A stretch of DNA of 64,000 nucleotides. Origin: Alphaproteobacteria bacterium. Its GTDB lineage: Bacteria; Pseudomonadota; Alphaproteobacteria; CALKHQ01. How positions within the stretch are numbered: the first letter of the stretch is position 1; each line of letters begins with the position of its first letter. The DNA lies in NCBI GenBank assembly GCA_965227515.1, contig CBDDFZ010000002.1:1-64000 (forward strand), written 5' to 3'. The translations under genes and the position numbers were made by a program. Positions 58,901-64,000 of this stretch are shown piece by piece. The notes under the pieces are model-generated. The model was not told the origin of the DNA. It saw only the letters and a list, made by a program, of their open reading frames with translations, and searched no databases.

Positions 58901-60944
58901 GATGGTGCCGGTGGCATCGCCCGGCAACCAGCCGCCCGACGGCCCCGTGGACTGGAATGCTTTTCGCCTGTTCGACATTCCGACCTGGCAGCGCAGCGAG
59001 GACGGCACGTTCCTGAACGTGCGCCGCCACCTGGAGCGGGTTGCATCGCAAGCGGATGACGACCGCGACCAGTTCGCCGCCCGGCGCGACCTGGCCCGGT
59101 TCCTGTTCGCCCACGAACGCTATACCGATGCCCTGGGTGTACTGCGGCTGATCGAAAGCGACATGCCGAGCGCGTTTACCGAGGATCCGTCCCTGCTCGC
59201 GCTGCGCGGCGCGGCCGCCATGATGATGAACGACCTGGTTACCGCCGAGGCGGACCTGTCGTCGTCGCGGCTGGCGCTGTCGCCGGAGGCCCGGCTCTGG
59301 CATGCCGCGACCCTTTCGCGGCTGGACCGGTTCGACGAGGCGCGCGCGCTGTTCCAGCCGCCGCCGGTGGTGCCGCCATGGTATCCCGCGCCCCTGCAGG
59401 GCGAGCTGGGCGGGGCGGCCGTGGACACGGCGCTGGCCGACGGCGACTACGAACGCGCCACACGCATCGCCGATTCCCTGCCCTTCTTCCTGCAGGACAC
59501 GCCCGAGCGGGCCGAATTGGACCTGCGGCGCGCCCGCATTCTGTGGCTGCGCGGCGACCATGAGCGCGCCGTGGATCTGTGGCAGGAACTGGAGGACGGC
59601 GATCATGCCTCGGTGGCCGCCTTTGCGGGCCTGGCGCGGCTGAGCGCCTTGATCGAGGGCGGCATGATCGCGCCGGAGACCGCGATTGCCGAGTTGGAGA
59701 CGCTGCGGTTCAGGTGGCGCGGCGACGGCTATGAACGACGGGTCATCGAGATGCTGGCCGATATGTACGCGGCCGCCGGCGACTATCGCAACGCGCTGCG
59801 CACGCTCGACCAGATGACCATCCAGTTCTCCAACGCGCCCGACATCGAGGATATCCAGGCGGCGCTGGAGGCGACGTTCGCGGAGCTGTTCAGCCCCGAT
59901 CCGCCGGGTAATGTGTCGCCGATCACGGCGGTGGCGCTGTTTGACGAATACCATCGCCTTGTGCCGGAAGGACCGGAAGGCGAGGCGATGTCGCGCCGGC
60001 TGGCCGACCGGCTGATCGGCCTCAACCTGTTGGCGGAGGCGGCCGAGATCCTGCAGTCGGAGGTCGACGAGCGGCTGACCGGCAATGCCCGGGGCGCGGC
60101 TGGCGCGCGCATCGCGCTGATCCATCTGGCCAACCGCGATCCAGAGGCGGCGCTGGCCGCGTTGTCTGCCTCGGAGTCGGAGAACATGCCGGATGCGCTG
60201 GTGGGCGAGCGCCGCAGGTTGGCGGCCAGCGCGCATCTTGAGCTTGGCGATCTGCCGACGGTGGTGGAGACCCTGGTTAACGACGCGAGCCGCAATGCCG
60301 ACCTGCTGCGCGCCGAAGCCTATTGGCGCAGCGAGGACTGGGCGCGGGCCGCGGAGGTCTTCGAACGTCTGGTCGGCCAGGACATGGCTCCGGCGGAGCC
60401 CGAGCCCGTGGCTGTCGCGCCCGATCCGCCGGAGCCGGTTGCCGCCGAAGCAGAGGAGGTCGACGATCCGCAGGCGCCGGCGCTGGCGGAAGCGGCCGAT
60501 GGCTTAGATGCGCTGCCGACCGCCGACGAGGCCGCGGCCATGGATTTGCCGGCCATGCCCGAGCCCGAGGACCCGGCGCCACTGGAGACCGCGGCCGGCG
60601 CCGATGTGTGGCGTGGCCCCTTGTCCGATTTCCAGGCGCGCCAGTTGGTGAACTGGGCGATGGCGCTGACCTATGCCCGCGATCAGGCGGGGCTGAGCAT
60701 GCTTGACCGGCGCTTCAGCGCCGCGATGGCGGGCTCGCCCCACAACAGCCTGTTCCAGCTACTGGTCGCCGACGACCTGTCGCCGATCGCCAATGTCGGC
60801 GATGTCGACCGCCTCGATCCCGATATCGCCCGCTTCGAGAGCTTCATTACCAGCTACCGCGAACGGCTTATGGACAGCATGGGCGAGGCACTGCCGAGCG
60901 AGGACGATATGCAAGCGCCAACAGCCGACGGCGCTGCCGGTTAG
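55911..60944 (+). CDS. Very large periplasmic flagellar-locus protein (beta domains, Asp/His-rich linkers, TPR region)
   Basis: Signal peptide ending PALA; repeated R(M/I)VFxW beta domains; C-terminal TPRs with LRFRWRGD. Confidence 0.8.
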   Translation: MTSHFAKWPTSTCGGAARHRIARWRRHVVAAGFMAVALTVPLLTTAPALALDVIDVDASVGDEGGRMVFAWDAPVRFTTTVDDRRLLISFDRPLATTFEAVEANLGAYIREIVIGPDGRSILALLEQPVSVVTATDGGNVIVDLVPRTPPAPDPAPPVPDTAVADAAGSPPPASSAEVADAPVRVDVADAALNPNSTSADAPADPTPGLAPPRPPRAEIARQLAQAEGDAPIIESGDAAAAETPPSDAPPLSVRFGIHDEGSYDRIVFDWPVQVPFEVENDDGLITISFDRPAQVNAERLSRRFPPWLALVGVDNPDGRLQMQVATNAGATVRGFYVNTKAVFDIRRDPAGPRAAVDPDVVVARAEGTLPAQPPTDEALEDATAESPEPAEVAVAEPPALPPVPPDSRASQVTDEGLEPADVPEVDVPEVDVPDVEVEVASGDEMDPSAGADPMEVATDEPVADEPVTDEQAVQHQDVADAAADPAHDDEAVAALDEDAAHDEDMTHDEDGGPVEDATHDEDMAHDDGAMVVADDGHDDATPEVVTDNAVDDAAAAVAAVEDALEVMEAVDPVLSELVEDDHPAGDHGDVAASDPHETDPHEGDQQEADAHMDGPGDVHGDDPGDGHDAPPVGDHDAAADEPVEMAALDADMDATADQGDMAADADGPDAHGDVDVVNPQAPPADLTIDAIGGDEQMVLRLRWSQPVHGAVFARAGWLWMVFDHDVNPDLSSLEIQAGGIVGPPVLEHLPDATILRMTLDGDVAPRVRAANDTWFVQLRPGAAEPESVIPLNRIDDPVMGPAISFDVAGGGPLLMIEDPNVGDTLAVVPVGQPGYGRPAPAQFIEFRVLATAQGLAVERVDDAVTLLLHDGAAQIVSPVGLNLSSAVFDDHGAANHDAVRDPGHANDHDAPQVVDHDADYDAGHDEGHPDDLAAADDAAHHPDAADAHGAPDTEAHTDGHAEVANDHGAPAAHDDQAGDHGNNLSDNHGAPNDAGAQMVPVASPGNQPPDGPVDWNAFRLFDIPTWQRSEDGTFLNVRRHLERVASQADDDRDQFAARRDLARFLFAHERYTDALGVLRLIESDMPSAFTEDPSLLALRGAAAMMMNDLVTAEADLSSSRLALSPEARLWHAATLSRLDRFDEARALFQPPPVVPPWYPAPLQGELGGAAVDTALADGDYERATRIADSLPFFLQDTPERAELDLRRARILWLRGDHERAVDLWQELEDGDHASVAAFAGLARLSALIEGGMIAPETAIAELETLRFRWRGDGYERRVIEMLADMYAAAGDYRNALRTLDQMTIQFSNAPDIEDIQAALEATFAELFSPDPPGNVSPITAVALFDEYHRLVPEGPEGEAMSRRLADRLIGLNLLAEAAEILQSEVDERLTGNARGAAGARIALIHLANRDPEAALAALSASESENMPDALVGERRRLAASAHLELGDLPTVVETLVNDASRNADLLRAEAYWRSEDWARAAEVFERLVGQDMAPAEPEPVAVAPDPPEPVAAEAEEVDDPQAPALAEAADGLDALPTADEAAAMDLPAMPEPEDPAPLETAAGADVWRGPLSDFQARQLVNWAMALTYARDQAGLSMLDRRFSAAMAGSPHNSLFQLLVADDLSPIANVGDVDRLDPDIARFESFITSYRERLMDSMGEALPSEDDMQAPTADGAAG

Positions 60945-61022
60945 AGCCCCGACCGCAGATTCTGCATCTGCATCAGTACCTATGCCAACGGCACAATTCG
61001 CTGACCCTTCCGTGACTTGAGG

Positions 61023-61150
61023 CGTCATCGCGAGCCCGCTTCAGCGGGCGTGGCGATCCAGGCGTTTGATGTGACGTTGGAGACGACGCTCTGGATTGCC
61101 GCGTCGCGCCACCCATTCGCATGTAATGAGCGGCGCTCCTCACAATGATG
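61023..61150. repeat. REP doublet (family B, GTCATYGCGAG type)
   Basis: CGTCATCGCGAG-hairpin-CGTGGCGATCCAG ... CTGGATTGCCGCGTCGC-hairpin-GCTCCTCACAATGATG between convergent genes. Confidence 0.7.
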
Positions 61151-61235
61151 GCAAAGGGCCGGTCGATAGTGCCGCTGGTATCACGCCAGATCGGCGCCGG
61201 TCCATGAGGGCCGGCGCCGTCACAGGCGATCGTGC

Positions 61236-61712
61236 TCAGGCGGCTTCGTCGCGGCGGCGATACGCGATCTGGCAGTGCGCGGTGCAATACGGCCGGCCTT
61301 CATGGGCCGGTGCGCCGCAGAACTGGAAGTCGTCGGTGCCGGGATCGCCAATCGGCCACTGGCAGCGCGGGCCCTTGTAGCCCTCCGGCGCCGGCTGCGG
61401 CGCGGTTGCAATCGCGCGCCGTTCCAGGTCGGACAGGCGCGGCGTTTCCGGCTTTACCGACTTCTGGCGCGGCACCGCTGCCTTGCGCGGCGCGGCACGG
61501 CGCGCGGCGGGCTTGCGCTTCGGCCGCGGAGACTTGGTGCCAGATCCACCGCTCTTGATCGGCGAGGGGCGGCTGGACAGTCCAAGCCGATGCGCTTTAC
61601 CGATCACCGCGTTGCGGGTGACCTCTCCGAGTTCGTTTGCGATGTAGCTGGCGCTGTGGCCTTCTTCCCACAGGCGCTTCAAATCGCGAACGCGCTCCTC
61701 GGTCCATGCCAT
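61236..61712 (-). CDS. gcrA: GcrA family cell-cycle regulator
   Basis: WTEERV..LKRLW.EGHSASYIA..LG.VTRNAVIGKAHRLGLS; CQWPIGDP...FCG, PYCTAH. Confidence 0.93.
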   Translation of the reverse strand: MAWTEERVRDLKRLWEEGHSASYIANELGEVTRNAVIGKAHRLGLSSRPSPIKSGGSGTKSPRPKRKPAARRAAPRKAAVPRQKSVKPETPRLSDLERRAIATAPQPAPEGYKGPRCQWPIGDPGTDDFQFCGAPAHEGRPYCTAHCQIAYRRRDEAA

Positions 61713-61847
61713 GGTCTGGTCCCTCTGCTATCGCACACTTACTGGCCCGACCCCCCAATCAGGCCGCCACAATATCTTGTGGCCAGCATGCGTGCAACCA
61801 CCATGGCTGGCGATTCGCGGCAATTTAATGACGCGAGTCAAATAAGT

Positions 61848-61856
61848 TGTGGACAA
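61848..61856 (-). promoter_or_regulatory. DnaA box upstream of gcrA
   Basis: TTGTCCACA, one mismatch to TTATCCACA; GANTC sites at about 61812 and 61835. Confidence 0.5.
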
Positions 61857-61962
61857 GTCTGGCAGGCCCTTTGCGCTTGGGGCGCGCGACGTTGGTTGGG
61901 CTTGCACATTGACGCCCGCGACCCAATGTAGGGGAGCCAATCCGCGGACGGAGTTCCTTGAT

Positions 61963-62067
61963 ATGGACATGACCCTCGTTGCCGCCATTCGACCCATCGC
62001 GCTGCACGAGGCCCTTGTCCATGCCCGTTTCCGTCGTTCTTTCCAACATCTCGTTCCTCACGCCTGA
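61963..62067 (+). CDS. Putative 34-aa leader ORF overlapping the ABC-F start
   Basis: GGAG 9 nt before ATG; [34 protein letters not shown]; its 5' part pairs with the ABC-F RBS and ATG. Confidence 0.45.
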   Translation: MDMTLVAAIRPIALHEALVHARFRRSFQHLVPHA

Positions 62068-63630
62068 TCGTACGCCCCTCTTCGATGACCTGAACCTGGC
62101 GTTCGGGCAGGAGCGCACCGGGCTTGTCGGCCGCAACGGCACCGGCAAGTCGACGCTACTGCGCCTGGTCTCGGGCCAGATATCGCCGGCTGGCGGTTCG
62201 GTCGCGATCGCCGGGACGATCGGGTGGATGCGGCAGGACGTCGGCACCGCTGGCGGCGAAACGATTGCCGACCTCTTTGGTGTGGCGTCTGCCCTTGCCT
62301 TGCTCGACCGTGCCGCGGCCGGCATGGTGGCGGACGCCGCCGCATTGGCGGATGCAGACTGGAGCGTGCCGGATCGCATTGAGGCGGCGCTGGCACAGTG
62401 CGGGCTGCGCACCGATCCGCGCACGCCTCTGGCGTCGTTGTCCGGCGGTCAGCGCACCCGCGCGGCGTTTGCCGCCATCGTATTCGCCGCCCCGGACGTG
62501 GTGCTGCTCGACGAGCCGACGAACAACCTGGACCGGGCCGGTCGCCGGGCGGTTGTCGAGCTGGTGCGCGGGTGGCGGCGCGGCGCCATCGTTGCCAGCC
62601 ACGACCGCGAATTGCTGGATGAGATGGACGCCATCGTCGAACTCTCCACCCTGGGCGCGAAGCAGTATGGCGGAAACTTCAGCGCCTACCGCGCGCGCAA
62701 GGCCGAAGACCTGCACGCGGCGGAACGCGATGTCGCGGATGCGGAACATGCCAGGCACGTGATGGAGCGCCGGGCCCGGCAGGCAGCCGAACGCAAGGCG
62801 CGCAAGGACAGCGTCGGGCGGAAGTCCCGCGCCAGGCGAGATCAGCCGAAGTCGTGGTTGGATGCCGCCAAGGCCCGTGCCGAGGCCTCAGGTGCCGCGA
62901 ACGTACGCTTGCGGCAGGCCCGCCGGGACGCCGCCGAAGAGACCCTGTCTGCGGCACGCGCCAAGATCGAGGTGCTGCAGCCACTTCGCATGGACATCCC
63001 GTCGACCGGGTTGCCTAAGGCGAGGCCGGTTTTGCGGGTGCGCGCCGTCACCGGCGGCCATGACCCGGCCCGGCCGGTCATCCGCGACCTTTCCCTCGCC
63101 ATCACTGGCCCGGAGCGGGTGGCGGTCACCGGCCCGAACGGTTGCGGCAAGACCACATTGCTGTCGCTGGTTACCGGGGCCATTGCGCCGGTAGCCGGCC
63201 AGGTCGACCTCCAGGTGCCGGCGGCACTCTTGGACCAGCATGTCGGTTTGCTCGATCCCGCCCGGTCCCTGCGCGACAACTTCCGCCAGCTGAATCCTAC
63301 GGCGGACGAGAACCAGTGCCGGGCCGCGCTCGCGCGGTTTATGTTCCGGGGCGACGATGCGCTGCTGCTTGCCGGCAATCTGAGCGGTGGCGAGATGTTG
63401 CGCGCCGGCCTTGCCTGCACGCTGGGTAGCCCGCGTCCACCAGCGCTATTGATCCTGGACGAGCCGACGAACCACCTCGACCTCGATGCCACCGAGGCGC
63501 TGGAAGCGGCGCTGTCAGTCTATGACGGTGCGTTGTTGGTTGTCAGTCACGACGAGGCATTTCTCGCGCGGCTTGAGGTCGACCGTCGGGTCGACCTTGG
63601 CGAAACAGCGCCGTCCGAAATGATCGAATT

Positions 63631-63634
<4 letters not shown>
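62021..63634 (+). CDS. ABC-F family ATP-binding protein (ribosome-associated, no TM)
   Basis: Two ABC domains ([22 protein letters not shown]; [22 protein letters not shown]) joined by a basic helical linker. Confidence 0.93.

Positions 63635-64000
<366 letters not shown>

Overview
High-GC chromosomal segment of an alphaproteobacterium, probably Rhodospirillales-like, judged from gcrA, CtrA boxes, the Caulobacter-type flagellar promoter and gene order. The core backbone is yggS-porin-DUF3576-leuS-lptE-holA; a partial Liv-type ABC operon; lonN-cnoX-prdX-tRNA-Gly; ppi-trpB-trpA-accD-folC; ubiD; rsgA; rpmH-rnpA-yidD-yidC-yihA-argB; flgFGAH divergent from fliL-fliM-DUF6468-motE, then cheY-cheZ and a giant TPR protein; gcrA; an ABC-F ATPase; and the 3' end of secA. 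Accessory genes are interspersed: a JmjC oxygenase with a TPR-sulfotransferase, a secreted stand-alone Hint protein lacking the terminal Asn, a cyclic-nucleotide module, two more 2OG-Fe(II) oxygenases and an RTX protein. The module has an MBL phosphodiesterase-like gene, a class III cyclase with Glu at the purine-specificity position, and CRP-type boxes. Non-coding structure includes a TA-flanked MITE splitting the lptE/holA junction, four REP-doublet elements with unique linkers, and two candidate leader-peptide attenuators (rsgA, ABC-F). I found no CRISPR array, integrase, transposase or prophage. All family calls come from recognising motifs by eye; no database searches were run.
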